Shown here one piece after another: positions 27,543-36,394 of a DNA stretch of 64,000 nt; the first letter of the stretch is position 1, and each line of letters starts with the position of its first letter. The notes below the pieces were generated by a model. It was given only the letters and a program-made list of their open reading frames with translations, was not told the DNA's origin and did not search any database. The translations under genes were made by a program, and so were the position numbers. This DNA comes from a phage, in the sequence record PZ386961.1, one strand, 5' to 3'.

Positions 27543-28269
27543 CCCCTTTTAACCAGCACTTCAGGTTATTAGCATCATAATTCAGTTTCGGGTATGAGGT
27601 TACATGGAACTGCTCACCATCATAGTAGACAATATCTGCAATCCATAGTCCGTTCTCTTTACAGAAATCTTTATCTGCTTTAGAGGTAATTGGATTAACT
27701 TCTACAAAACCATCTACACCCAAATCCTTTAAGCTACCTACAATACCTTTGCAGATAACGCATGTCTCAGATACTACCACAAAAAGTTCTTGGCTTTCAA
27801 GTTCTACAATGTATTCACCAAGCTGTACTTTTGGGAGATTCGATTGCTTCATAATCTTCCCATCGGCTACACGAACAATTGCGTACCACTCTTTACCATC
27901 AACTACTGACATTCTGACAATACAATCTTGACCAGTACGCTTCTCAATATCTGCAAGACGTTTTAAAGCTTCTTCATAATCGTCTGTGTATTTCAGGTCA
28001 TTATTATGGCAAACAGCTTTCATAGCACCGTTATGGTCATGTTGTGACAGGTAAATCAAACCGTCAAGAACATATTGCAAATCTGCCTGAGCATCCAGTG
28101 TCTCAATGGGGTCTTTCTCTTCAATTGCTTTTACAAGCTCTTTTGCTTCTTCAAGCATACACAGAGATTGAGATTTCAAAGACTCCCAATACTCATTACT
28201 GTATGGTTGTTTTTGAGTTTTTCCGCAACGAAGATTCCAGTTTTTTACTGATTCTCTTGAGTTAAACAT
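27514..28269 (-). CDS. MazG-like nucleotide pyrophosphohydrolase domain protein with extra C-terminal domain
   Basis: N-terminal EExxE..D motif (LEEAKELVKAIEEKD...DAQADLQYVLDGL); 251 aa. Confidence 0.4.
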   Translation of the reverse strand: MFNSRESVKNWNLRCGKTQKQPYSNEYWESLKSQSLCMLEEAKELVKAIEEKDPIETLDAQADLQYVLDGLIYLSQHDHNGAMKAVCHNNDLKYTDDYEEALKRLADIEKRTGQDCIVRMSVVDGKEWYAIVRVADGKIMKQSNLPKVQLGEYIVELESQELFVVVSETCVICKGIVGSLKDLGVDGFVEVNPITSKADKDFCKENGLWIADIVYYDGEQFHVTSYPKLNYDANNLKCWLKGVGYNGFTEH

Positions 28270-28508
28270 TCGGACTCCTTAAAATATCTGTTAACCTTTA
28301 GCTCTCGTGTTTCAATATATTCCAGATGTTCACGTAGCTCTTGGCGTTTAAGCATTAGGTGCTGCATTTGAGATTCAACAGCTTCAACTTCTTTAATTAT
28401 CGACTCTCTAGCATTTGCAAGAATGCGCTCAAGTTCTTCAATCTTACTGTCAACTTTTGCTACATGACTCACAGCTTTACTTTTGTTAAACATTTTATTC
28501 TCTCTCAA
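28245..28508 (-). CDS. hypothetical coiled-coil protein
   Basis: 87-aa ORF rich in E/K/L/R. Confidence 0.45.
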   Translation of the reverse strand: MRENKMFNKSKAVSHVAKVDSKIEELERILANARESIIKEVEAVESQMQHLMLKRQELREHLEYIETRELKVNRYFKESECLTQENQ

Positions 28509-28514
28509 TAGTTA

Positions 28515-29015
28515 TCAAGCACAATTTGCTTTCATTACCTTATGGATTCTTTTTTCAGCATCTTCATAAGTTTCTTTGGTAATAAACTTAATTGCTGCAA
28601 TATTGGCATTGTAGAAGAGTCTGAGCTTAGAGTCAATCCTTTTTGTCATTACATCGAATTTATGTTGGAGGTTTGCTTCACCATAAACTAGACCACCTTT
28701 TGTGTAGTAGGTTTGAATAATGTAAAAGTCAAAAAATTCTTTTCCAAAGCTCTCAATATCTTTTTTAATATACTCAGAAGAAGTTTCATAAGTCATCCAA
28801 TCACTCTCCTTAGTGACTACCTTCTTCCGAGTCTTGCCAGCAACTTTTCTTTTAGTCACACTATTAAGCTGTTTCTTACCCAAATAGTACTGTCCAGTCT
28901 TTTTGCAGTACACTAGGTAGACAAAACCAAAGTGCTTTGCTGGGTCAACTTCACCACATAGTGAAACCCAATGTCCATATTCAGGGCAATTGCCAAAACC
29001 TTTTATTTTTCTCAT
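28515..29015 (-). CDS. GIY-YIG-like homing endonuclease (putative)
   Basis: N-terminal GFVYLVY-(7)-YYLGKK resembles GIY-(10-11)-YIG. Confidence 0.4.
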   Translation of the reverse strand: MRKIKGFGNCPEYGHWVSLCGEVDPAKHFGFVYLVYCKKTGQYYLGKKQLNSVTKRKVAGKTRKKVVTKESDWMTYETSSEYIKKDIESFGKEFFDFYIIQTYYTKGGLVYGEANLQHKFDVMTKRIDSKLRLFYNANIAAIKFITKETYEDAEKRIHKVMKANCA

Positions 29016-29527
29016 TCATCACCTTTATTAGCAAACTCTTTGTGTAAACGTTGACGTTCCCTATTTACAACCTCTGCTGCTTCATCAATAGTGTCATAGT
29101 TGCCGAAGAAGTAGACCCTCTTCTTAAAAGTTATCTGTGTAGACCACTTACCATACTGTTTTTTGTAGTACACACCTTTAACACCTGATTTATTGTTCTT
29201 ATTGAGCAACCTATTGCATTGGTTCTCTGATAACGTACATGCCCTAAGATTTACCCAGCGATTGTCTAGTGTTACATGATTTTTATGGTCAACACACTCA
29301 GGTAGGTATCCATCCATATACAGAACGGCTAGGGTATGTGCATAATAGCCCTTACCAAACAAATAAATTCTGGTATACCCTCTTAAGTTTGTACCTGCAA
29401 CAGAGCCAATTTTTGTGTGTCTAGCAGATTTCTTAATCCAAGTAAAGACCCCTGTTTCGGGGTCATAATGTAGGTACTCTTTAAGAGTTTGTTGAGTTAA
29501 CATTTGGTGTCCACCCATACTTATCAA
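29012..29527 (-). CDS. HNH homing endonuclease with AP2-like DNA-binding domain
   Basis: HNH block VDHKNHVTLDNRWVNLR; AP2-like SGVKGVYY..KWSTQI..FGNYDTIDEAA; paralog of 39076..39579. Confidence 0.7.
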   Translation of the reverse strand: MISMGGHQMLTQQTLKEYLHYDPETGVFTWIKKSARHTKIGSVAGTNLRGYTRIYLFGKGYYAHTLAVLYMDGYLPECVDHKNHVTLDNRWVNLRACTLSENQCNRLLNKNNKSGVKGVYYKKQYGKWSTQITFKKRVYFFGNYDTIDEAAEVVNRERQRLHKEFANKGDE

Positions 29528-30527
29528 AAGTAAAATCGTCTTTCTTATTTCTTTCCTGATAAGCTAAGAAGAAGTGTTGCTGCATTAGTTCTAAAGGTGT
29601 TCTGGTAATTGTTTGACCATCCCACGAGACATAAGTGTAGGACTCTTTCTTAGCATAAAGTTCATAGATTGCATCAAGACACTCTTTGTAAGTAGTTTTA
29701 CCTTCAAGGGCTTTCATTACAGCAACCTTACCAACGCCCTTTAAACCAAAATAGTTATCTGCATTATCACCAGCCACAGCTTGATAACAAAGAAATTTAA
29801 AACCTACACCAACTGTCTTCTTAGCTTTTGGTGTTGATTTTATTGGGCAATCCCAAATTTCACCAACGTTGTTATCAGCAATAAAAATTAAAGGTGATTT
29901 TTCATAGGTCATATCAATGCAGTAAGTACCTTCAGCTTGTCGAAGGTCTTTATCAATACTCATTAAGGCAGCCTTTTTACCCATCTTTTCAGCTTTAGCA
30001 ATAACGATAGAGTCAGCTTCAAATCCATCAAGAATTAATTTGAACTCTGGTCTTGACAGAAGGTATTCACGACAAGCGACTAAGTGTGTTGGTGTGACAG
30101 CATCTTTACGATTACCTTGATATTGGTGCTCAAGACCTTTAATGTCTTTATGTTTATGCACACCCTTCTCTGTTAAATAACCTACCCAAGTTCTTTCTTT
30201 ACCAACAATCTTAAGCCATTCCTGAAGCACCTGTTGAGTAGCCATGATAGCTTCTTTTTCACTCTTAGCTTCTTTCCAAGTTTGTCTTTCCCATTCATCT
30301 TCATCAAATGTCAGGCCAAGCTCTTCCACAAGGATTCTCTGGTCTGCTAACCATCTTGCAGCATCTTTCGCATTATCAAATGGTTCAGATTCTTCTGCTG
30401 TAAGTTTATTGACGTATTTATATTTTGCTTTCTCAACTACACAAGAACCTTTATAGGCAATACTGTCAGAGTCAATAAAAACATGTGTAACTGAATCGGG
30501 AAGTTTTGTTAATGTGTACTTCTCCAT
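29481..30527 (-). CDS. flap endonuclease / 5'-3' exonuclease (RNase H-like)
   Basis: Motifs GFEADS and H3TH block AVAGDNADNYFGLKGVGKVAV, resembling T5 D15/T4 RNase H. Confidence 0.8.
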   Translation of the reverse strand: MEKYTLTKLPDSVTHVFIDSDSIAYKGSCVVEKAKYKYVNKLTAEESEPFDNAKDAARWLADQRILVEELGLTFDEDEWERQTWKEAKSEKEAIMATQQVLQEWLKIVGKERTWVGYLTEKGVHKHKDIKGLEHQYQGNRKDAVTPTHLVACREYLLSRPEFKLILDGFEADSIVIAKAEKMGKKAALMSIDKDLRQAEGTYCIDMTYEKSPLIFIADNNVGEIWDCPIKSTPKAKKTVGVGFKFLCYQAVAGDNADNYFGLKGVGKVAVMKALEGKTTYKECLDAIYELYAKKESYTYVSWDGQTITRTPLELMQQHFFLAYQERNKKDDFTFDKYGWTPNVNSTNS

Positions 30528-30589
30528 TATGGCTCTCCATATGAAAAAGCCCCATACTAAGTACAGGGCTTTAAAGTAACTTTTAGAGA

Positions 30590-31447
30590 TTAGTCTTCTG
30601 TATCGAAGTCTTCATCTTCTTCGTCATCTGGGTCTGGCAAATCTTCATCATCACCATCATCAGAATCATTCGAAGGTTTGTGGTCTTTTGCATCTTCTTC
30701 AGTGATTTCACCGTTATCTTCGACACCATCAAGACCAAGCATAGCCAGTTCATCTTCATCCAGTTCAGGTTCACCGTTAGCACCGTTACCACCAGTGTAA
30801 GGCACAAGAGTATCAATGATAAACTGTTCCTGAATAGGTTTTGTCAGAACATTGTTCTCAAAAGTATAGAAGTGAGTAGAAAGAATCACACTACCAAAAG
30901 AACCGTTACCAACTGCAATATCTGGATGAATTACATCATAGTTCTTATCATCTTCATGTTTATCAGATGCTTGAGCTTTGATTTTCTTCATCGGCTGCTT
31001 AACAGCTACACGCTTACCATTTACTTCTTCAATAAGCATAACAGGGAATGACTGTTTAGCTGTCCATACAGCACCATCTTTATAAGCTGCTGCACGACTT
31101 ACTTTCAAGATGTAGTAAGTGTCTGCTTCAAAAGGTGGTTTACAACCAAACTTCTCTTCGAAGTCGTCTGCATCAACTGCTTCAGTAGTAACTTTATCCC
31201 AACCTTCTGGGTTTTTCTTAGACTTAGTAAACTCTTTAAACAGTTTGTTACCGTCTTCTGCCAGAATTGATACGCTGTAGTTACAGTCTTTGCCTGGGAA
31301 TTTCTTATCAATAGACTTACCTTTTCCCGGACGTGGTGAAGTGTTCAGGTAATAAAACCAGACATCTTTCAGCAGGTATCGCAGAGTTTGGCGTTCAGTG
31401 CCATTGTATTTCTCTACCGGAGCTTTCATTTTAACAACTTTAGACAT
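30590..31447 (-). CDS. putative single-stranded DNA-binding protein with acidic C-terminal tail
   Basis: 285 aa; C-terminus DDGDDEDLPDPDDEEDEDFDTED as in T7 gp2.5-type SSBs; sits in replication cluster; own promoter. Confidence 0.45.
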   Translation of the reverse strand: MSKVVKMKAPVEKYNGTERQTLRYLLKDVWFYYLNTSPRPGKGKSIDKKFPGKDCNYSVSILAEDGNKLFKEFTKSKKNPEGWDKVTTEAVDADDFEEKFGCKPPFEADTYYILKVSRAAAYKDGAVWTAKQSFPVMLIEEVNGKRVAVKQPMKKIKAQASDKHEDDKNYDVIHPDIAVGNGSFGSVILSTHFYTFENNVLTKPIQEQFIIDTLVPYTGGNGANGEPELDEDELAMLGLDGVEDNGEITEEDAKDHKPSNDSDDGDDEDLPDPDDEEDEDFDTED

Positions 31448-31483
31448 TATTTAAACCTCTATCTCAATTTATGAAGAGTACCA

Positions 31484-31512
31484 ATTCTAGTTTGTTGATA
31501 CTCTATTGTCAA
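31484..31512 (-). promoter_or_regulatory. sigma70-like promoter (TTGACA-17-TAGAAT)
   Basis: Near-consensus hexamers on minus strand upstream of putative SSB gene. Confidence 0.55.
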
Positions 31513-31519
31513 ACATTAA

Positions 31520-31669
31520 TTACTGGAAGTTGTGCTTATCTTTAGAAGCTGCTTTACGTGCAGTTTTTCCAGTTCTTACACGCTTCTCTTCATAGTATTT
31601 TGCTGGTTTTCCAGCAGTGGCTTTTAAGGAATCCCCAAAAACTTTTTCAAATGCTTTAGAGTGTTTCAT
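31520..31669 (-). CDS. hypothetical small basic protein (49 aa)
   Basis: Not in track; GGAG RBS 7 nt upstream of ATG. Confidence 0.25.
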   Translation of the reverse strand: MKHSKAFEKVFGDSLKATAGKPAKYYEEKRVRTGKTARKAASKDKHNFQ

Positions 31670-31953
31670 GATATTCTCCGATATACTTGATATTCAAACA
31701 CATTTTCTTTTATTACAAACAGCCAACCAATATTATGTTTAGGTATAGTAATAGTGACTGTGATTATGCTGTGATGGAACTTTTCTTCTACCTCAACGCC
31801 TCCATCACATTTCATGTAGAGCATTCTATAGAACCTATCAACCTTTGTCAAACACTCTTCCTGAAATTCATTTAAACTTTTTTCTTCAAAGAAGGGTATA
31901 AGCCCCTCTCTTTTATAACTATCACTCAGTTTCGAATGGGCAGTCATCTGCAT
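31666..31953 (-). CDS. hypothetical protein (uncertain)
   Basis: 95-aa ORF overlapping primase 3' end; may be spurious or start internally. Confidence 0.25.
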   Translation of the reverse strand: MQMTAHSKLSDSYKREGLIPFFEEKSLNEFQEECLTKVDRFYRMLYMKCDGGVEVEEKFHHSIITVTITIPKHNIGWLFVIKENVFEYQVYRRIS

Positions 31954-33913
31954 CCTCGCTTAATACAGGTGGAATCATTGAGCTTTGACGCTGTTCTTCA
32001 GTATAGACTTCACCAGTCTCACGGTCAAACACTTCATCCTCATAATGAGGTAAAGAGTCGTCATAATGGTCTTCAGCTTCACCAATACCAAACTGTTGAC
32101 GGATATTTTCTGCTGCACCATCAATGTCAACACCACACCCAGAAGCTTTGATAAGACGCCCTGTGTCTGGATTGTACCAAGTATGACCAGCAATACCTGT
32201 TGACTTACCATGACGACGACACTTAGTTAACTTTATTTTTGTCAAGTTTTTCTTAACAGGGTCTGGGTCAACCTTGTTACGCATTAACAGAATGTTGTTC
32301 ATGGAAATCTGGAAATACGCACCAGAGCCTTTAATATCCTCTTCAGAGATGTCTCCACCTTCAGAGTTGGCTTTCTGACCACCTGCACTCTTACGAACGT
32401 GACAGACGTTAACCTGTGCATACTGGTAGCGTTTGCAACGACGCAATAGCTCAGACAAAACTTCCTCTTCATCCGTATCTGAACGTGACAGAGCCAACGT
32501 AATAGGGTCAAGAATAATAATCTTACAGTCTAAACTGTTAACAAGATAGTCAACAAATTCCAGCAGGTTGTCTTGGTCAATCGCCCCTTGATGGTCTACG
32601 ATGTGGATACGACGACCTTTAGATAGTTCTGCGTGTGCTTCCTTTAATTCATCCCAATCACGTTCGTCATAAGGAATCTCAGAAATCTGTTTGCTCAGGT
32701 GAATTGCACAGAGCATCTCCATCAACTCTTCATAGGTATCTTCTACCGGAATTACACCAATATTGTAATCGGTTTCCTTCCAAGCTGAATAAATCATCTC
32801 ACGAGTGTAAGCTGATTTACCTACTGAAGATGGTGCTGCCAGAGTTGTAATCTCTCCTAAACCATAACCACCGTAAGTTAGTCTGTTCAAATCCCCGAAA
32901 GATTCTGGGAAAGGAATCAAAGGAATCTGACCACGATTCTTCATTGCCTCAAAACCATCTGCAAAGTTCTTGATACCAGCAGGGCAATAACGAGGTGCGT
33001 TGTAGATACGCTGCTTAAATCCTTCCAGAACTGTATCTTTCTCTTTATAGAACTTTGTCCACCATTCGTTTAGGTCTTTTACACCCTCTGGATACTGGAA
33101 TAAACGAACCTTCTCAATAGGTAGGATACCAGCAGCCTCTTTGGTAGCTTTAGCACCTGCTTCATCGTTATCAAAGCACAAGTAAATTTCATCAAATGAT
33201 GTAATGTACTGATAGTTATCTTTGATAGACTTAATGTTTGCACCTGACGGAACAGATACGTGACAGTAATTCTTACGACGAGACTTATCTTTAATCGCCA
33301 AAGAAGTCATGTAGATTGCTGTCGCACATTCCATCTCACCTTCCCAGATGAATAGACGGTTACCACCTTCTGGAGCAATCCATGAGCCGAACATTGCCAG
33401 TTCACCTTTAATGTCTCCAACACCACCAGAAAAGTCTTTTAGCTTACCTCGTAGGTGTTCTTTTGGATGGTCTTCTGGGTAACGGTGACGAACACGGTAG
33501 CCAACATGCTCTAGCTTGCCATCTTCATTGCGTTTGTAAGTTGGGTAGAAATGTGCGTCAATTTCACCGTCACTGTCAATGTCAACCTTGATACCCAAAC
33601 GCTCAAGAACTTTTGCAGGAATCTTCCTGTCTTTTAAGTCCATTGCTTCAAGGTTTTCTTTTACATCGTCTAAATCCATTCCACGGAAAGTACGGTTTTT
33701 ATTGTCTGGACCAGTAGAATAAGTGCTCACGATTTGTCCTTTATCAAAATCCCACTCTGGGAAACCTTTGTTACAACTAAAGCAAGTCATCGAATAAGAA
33801 TCATCGTCATGATGATAGATGGAACCAGCATCTGATGAACCACAACGTGGACATGCACAATGACCAATAAACTGACCAGCCTCTTTCAATTTACGACCTT
33901 TAGACATTAGCAC
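31922..33913 (-). CDS. bifunctional DNA primase/helicase (T7 gp4-like)
   Basis: N-terminal zinc ribbon CACPRCG...CFSCNKG; TOPRIM LCFDNDEAGAKA; Walker A AAPSSVGKSA; 663 aa. Confidence 0.85.
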   Translation of the reverse strand: MLMSKGRKLKEAGQFIGHCACPRCGSSDAGSIYHHDDDSYSMTCFSCNKGFPEWDFDKGQIVSTYSTGPDNKNRTFRGMDLDDVKENLEAMDLKDRKIPAKVLERLGIKVDIDSDGEIDAHFYPTYKRNEDGKLEHVGYRVRHRYPEDHPKEHLRGKLKDFSGGVGDIKGELAMFGSWIAPEGGNRLFIWEGEMECATAIYMTSLAIKDKSRRKNYCHVSVPSGANIKSIKDNYQYITSFDEIYLCFDNDEAGAKATKEAAGILPIEKVRLFQYPEGVKDLNEWWTKFYKEKDTVLEGFKQRIYNAPRYCPAGIKNFADGFEAMKNRGQIPLIPFPESFGDLNRLTYGGYGLGEITTLAAPSSVGKSAYTREMIYSAWKETDYNIGVIPVEDTYEELMEMLCAIHLSKQISEIPYDERDWDELKEAHAELSKGRRIHIVDHQGAIDQDNLLEFVDYLVNSLDCKIIILDPITLALSRSDTDEEEVLSELLRRCKRYQYAQVNVCHVRKSAGGQKANSEGGDISEEDIKGSGAYFQISMNNILLMRNKVDPDPVKKNLTKIKLTKCRRHGKSTGIAGHTWYNPDTGRLIKASGCGVDIDGAAENIRQQFGIGEAEDHYDDSLPHYEDEVFDRETGEVYTEEQRQSSMIPPVLSEDADDCPFETE

Positions 33914-34100
33914 CTCTTCGTTGTAGTTCTGCCTTCAATCCATTTTCAATCTTGTCCAGTTCATGAATTTCATCTGCAATCTCTTCCCTTCGTGATTCAA
34001 CTCTCTTAAGACGTTCAATCATTACCTCATTGGAAAGAGATGAGAGTTCCACTAAACGGTGGTCAATAACTTTAAAATTGTCTTTTACTCTCATCTTCAT
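33900..34100 (-). CDS. hypothetical coiled-coil protein
   Basis: 66-aa ORF. Confidence 0.4.
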   Translation of the reverse strand: MKMRVKDNFKVIDHRLVELSSLSNEVMIERLKRVESRREEIADEIHELDKIENGLKAELQRRGANV

Positions 34101-34108
34101 TATCTCTT

Positions 34109-34852
34109 TTAAACTTTAATGATGGCTCTTAGCTTGTTCTCAAGGTCTGCAAGAGTACCATTATTATGAATAATGTCACGCTCATATTTTGTAGAAATCC
34201 CATTTTCTGAAACATGTGATGAAACTTTGTCCACATTGTCTCTTTTTACTTCAATAGTTTGGTGTGCAAATCTACTCAACCATTCAGCTTCAGAGTCAAA
34301 TCTTAAATCACTGATTAAGACAAAACCATATTGATTTCTAAGTGAGCACATTTCATGGAATCTAACCATTCTTTTTTCAAGGTCTTTAGACCAGAACTTG
34401 TCGCCCATTACTTTACGGACAACTTCAGTACCCCAAATCTGTTGAATTTGTCTTGATGAGAATTTATACTTTTTGCTAAACCCCAGACGTGTCAATAGAG
34501 TCGGTTTAGCAACCTTCTTAAGCTCCATGATTAATCGTCCGGTTAACTCTGACATAAGCTTGAAGTCCATATGGTAACGTTCATCTCTGAAGGTGAACTC
34601 CATAGCTTCCGTAACTTTAAACATCAGTTCAGGATATGATAAGTCAAAAACCTGTGGAGTCTCTTTAGTTTCACCGTACAGGTCATTCCAAGTCAAGTCA
34701 AATATCTTTGATGCAGATAGTTTAAGGTTGTCTGCAAAGGCCATTACAGCAACATTGTATCCGTACTCATCCTCTAAGATGTTCTTCACAATAGAACATG
34801 AGGTGTCTTTTCCAGAACGTGCCTTTCCAGTAAATGCTATAATATTACTCAT
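34109..34852 (-). CDS. deoxynucleoside monophosphate kinase
   Basis: N-terminal P-loop IIAFTGKARSGKDT resembling T4 gp1 LIFLSGVKRSGKDT; 247 aa. Confidence 0.7.
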   Translation of the reverse strand: MSNIIAFTGKARSGKDTSCSIVKNILEDEYGYNVAVMAFADNLKLSASKIFDLTWNDLYGETKETPQVFDLSYPELMFKVTEAMEFTFRDERYHMDFKLMSELTGRLIMELKKVAKPTLLTRLGFSKKYKFSSRQIQQIWGTEVVRKVMGDKFWSKDLEKRMVRFHEMCSLRNQYGFVLISDLRFDSEAEWLSRFAHQTIEVKRDNVDKVSSHVSENGISTKYERDIIHNNGTLADLENKLRAIIKV

Positions 34853-34867
34853 TTTATCTCCATTAAT

Positions 34868-34895
34868 TACTAAAAAGCCCCCAACTAAGGAGGCT
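34868..34895 (-). terminator. possible rho-independent terminator
   Basis: Imperfect hairpin AGCCCCC..GGAGGCT followed by U5 on minus strand. Confidence 0.35.
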
Positions 34896-34903
34896 TGTAA
34901 GAT

Positions 34904-35713
34904 TTATAAAGACTTAGTGTAGTTTCTCAGCAGACTCTTTTCAGCCATAGCTGAAAGTTGCTTCACAAAAGCATCACCGAAGTTAATGCGTAGTTTCTCT
35001 TCAATGATGGAAGCACCAATGTTCACCAAAACATCATTGATTGCTTGCATACTGACTCCGCCAGTCATCTCTTCAATGAACTCAATACTCACACCCATCA
35101 TCTGTGAAAGTTGGATTAGTGCAACGATATTCATCATCGTAGATATAGCTGGAATCATCAGTGCAACTTTCACCTGAAGTGGTTCTATATCAGCTACAGA
35201 GTCATTTTCAACAGCTTCTTCCAAAGAATCCTTAGTTTGCTGGATAATCTCTTTGATTCGTGGGTTTAATTCTTCGACGCCCCAATCAAGTTTTTCATAT
35301 CGTGAAAGTTTCTCTTCCATGCGCTTCTCAAGAACAGCCATAACAGCACTCGTTGATGAGATAAGCGTATCAATAATGAAATCAGTGTCCTTAGTCAGCA
35401 ACAGTTCCTTATCTTCATCTGACATTCTGATATAGTCATTCTTTTGCATTTCATAAAAAATGAACTCAGCAAGCGCATCAACACCAACTGCAATAGATGC
35501 CAGAGCAAGTGTAGTGTCTGTCAACATCATATTAACCTGTTCTGCAAAAGCACCGTTATCAGACTTGTCTTTAGGTAGGTTATAGCTTGCAGGCATAAAC
35601 TGTTCTGTGTAGTTATTACCACGAAGAATCATAGCCATGCTTTCTACGGCATTGATTAAAAATGCTTCGTCAATACCTTTTTCTTCAAGCATCTTTTCTA
35701 CATCGATATTCAT
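34904..35713 (-). CDS. hypothetical protein
   Basis: 269-aa ORF. Confidence 0.55.
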   Translation of the reverse strand: MNIDVEKMLEEKGIDEAFLINAVESMAMILRGNNYTEQFMPASYNLPKDKSDNGAFAEQVNMMLTDTTLALASIAVGVDALAEFIFYEMQKNDYIRMSDEDKELLLTKDTDFIIDTLISSTSAVMAVLEKRMEEKLSRYEKLDWGVEELNPRIKEIIQQTKDSLEEAVENDSVADIEPLQVKVALMIPAISTMMNIVALIQLSQMMGVSIEFIEEMTGGVSMQAINDVLVNIGASIIEEKLRINFGDAFVKQLSAMAEKSLLRNYTKSL

Positions 35714-35714
35714 A

Positions 35715-36137
35715 TTATTTCTCTCTCAGTTGGTTAAGTTTCTTTCTAGAACATTTTAAGTTTTCGGATGAAGAAAAGTCAAGTGTCTTTTCAGAACGTG
35801 GATAATAGTGCCTATCCCAAGAAGTTTCAACATCGTTAATCAGTGATGCTAGATTACACAGGTCTGTACCACTTTGCAACCTCTTTTTAAGAGAATCTAG
35901 TAAAGCAACTGTATCTTTAGCTTTACGTCTCGCTGTAGCAACATCTTTCATATGCTCAAATACAGAGCATTTTAAGTCATCTTCATAGTTTTCAGACAAC
36001 TCTATTTCATGTTGTATATCAACCATTCTCCTGTGATGGTGAGCATATTCCCGTTGAGCAGCAATGTCAAGTTCTTCCAACTTCTGCAAAGCTCTAACGA
36101 AGTCAGCTATGTCTGGGTGAACAAACATTTTCTGCAT
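35715..36137 (-). CDS. hypothetical protein
   Basis: 140-aa ORF; first gene of minus-strand block next to divergent AT-rich region. Confidence 0.55.
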   Translation of the reverse strand: MQKMFVHPDIADFVRALQKLEELDIAAQREYAHHHRRMVDIQHEIELSENYEDDLKCSVFEHMKDVATARRKAKDTVALLDSLKKRLQSGTDLCNLASLINDVETSWDRHYYPRSEKTLDFSSSENLKCSRKKLNQLREK

Positions 36138-36394
36138 GTAAGCCTCTTTTAAGTAACTATTAAGTTTTAATCTTTTATCTTAACGTATTCTATACGTTAT
36201 ACTTTAAAGCTTTTTAAAAGCTATTAAACAATCTTTTAAGAGTTTTAAAGTATCTGTATAGTTAAACTGTTAAGTAACCTTTTAAGTAAAAACCCACTTC
36301 GCAAAGATTAACACCTTGTCAAGTACATTGTCAACTTGCTTTTTATAATTTTTTGCAGTAATGTATGAGGTTAATGATTTTAGAGGGAGTAAAA
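36138..36394. promoter_or_regulatory. divergent AT-rich control region between early minus-strand block and DNA polymerase gene
   Basis: 257-bp noncoding; TATAAT at about 36344 and TTGTCA/TTGACA hexamers on both strands; exact promoters not resolved. Confidence 0.4.
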
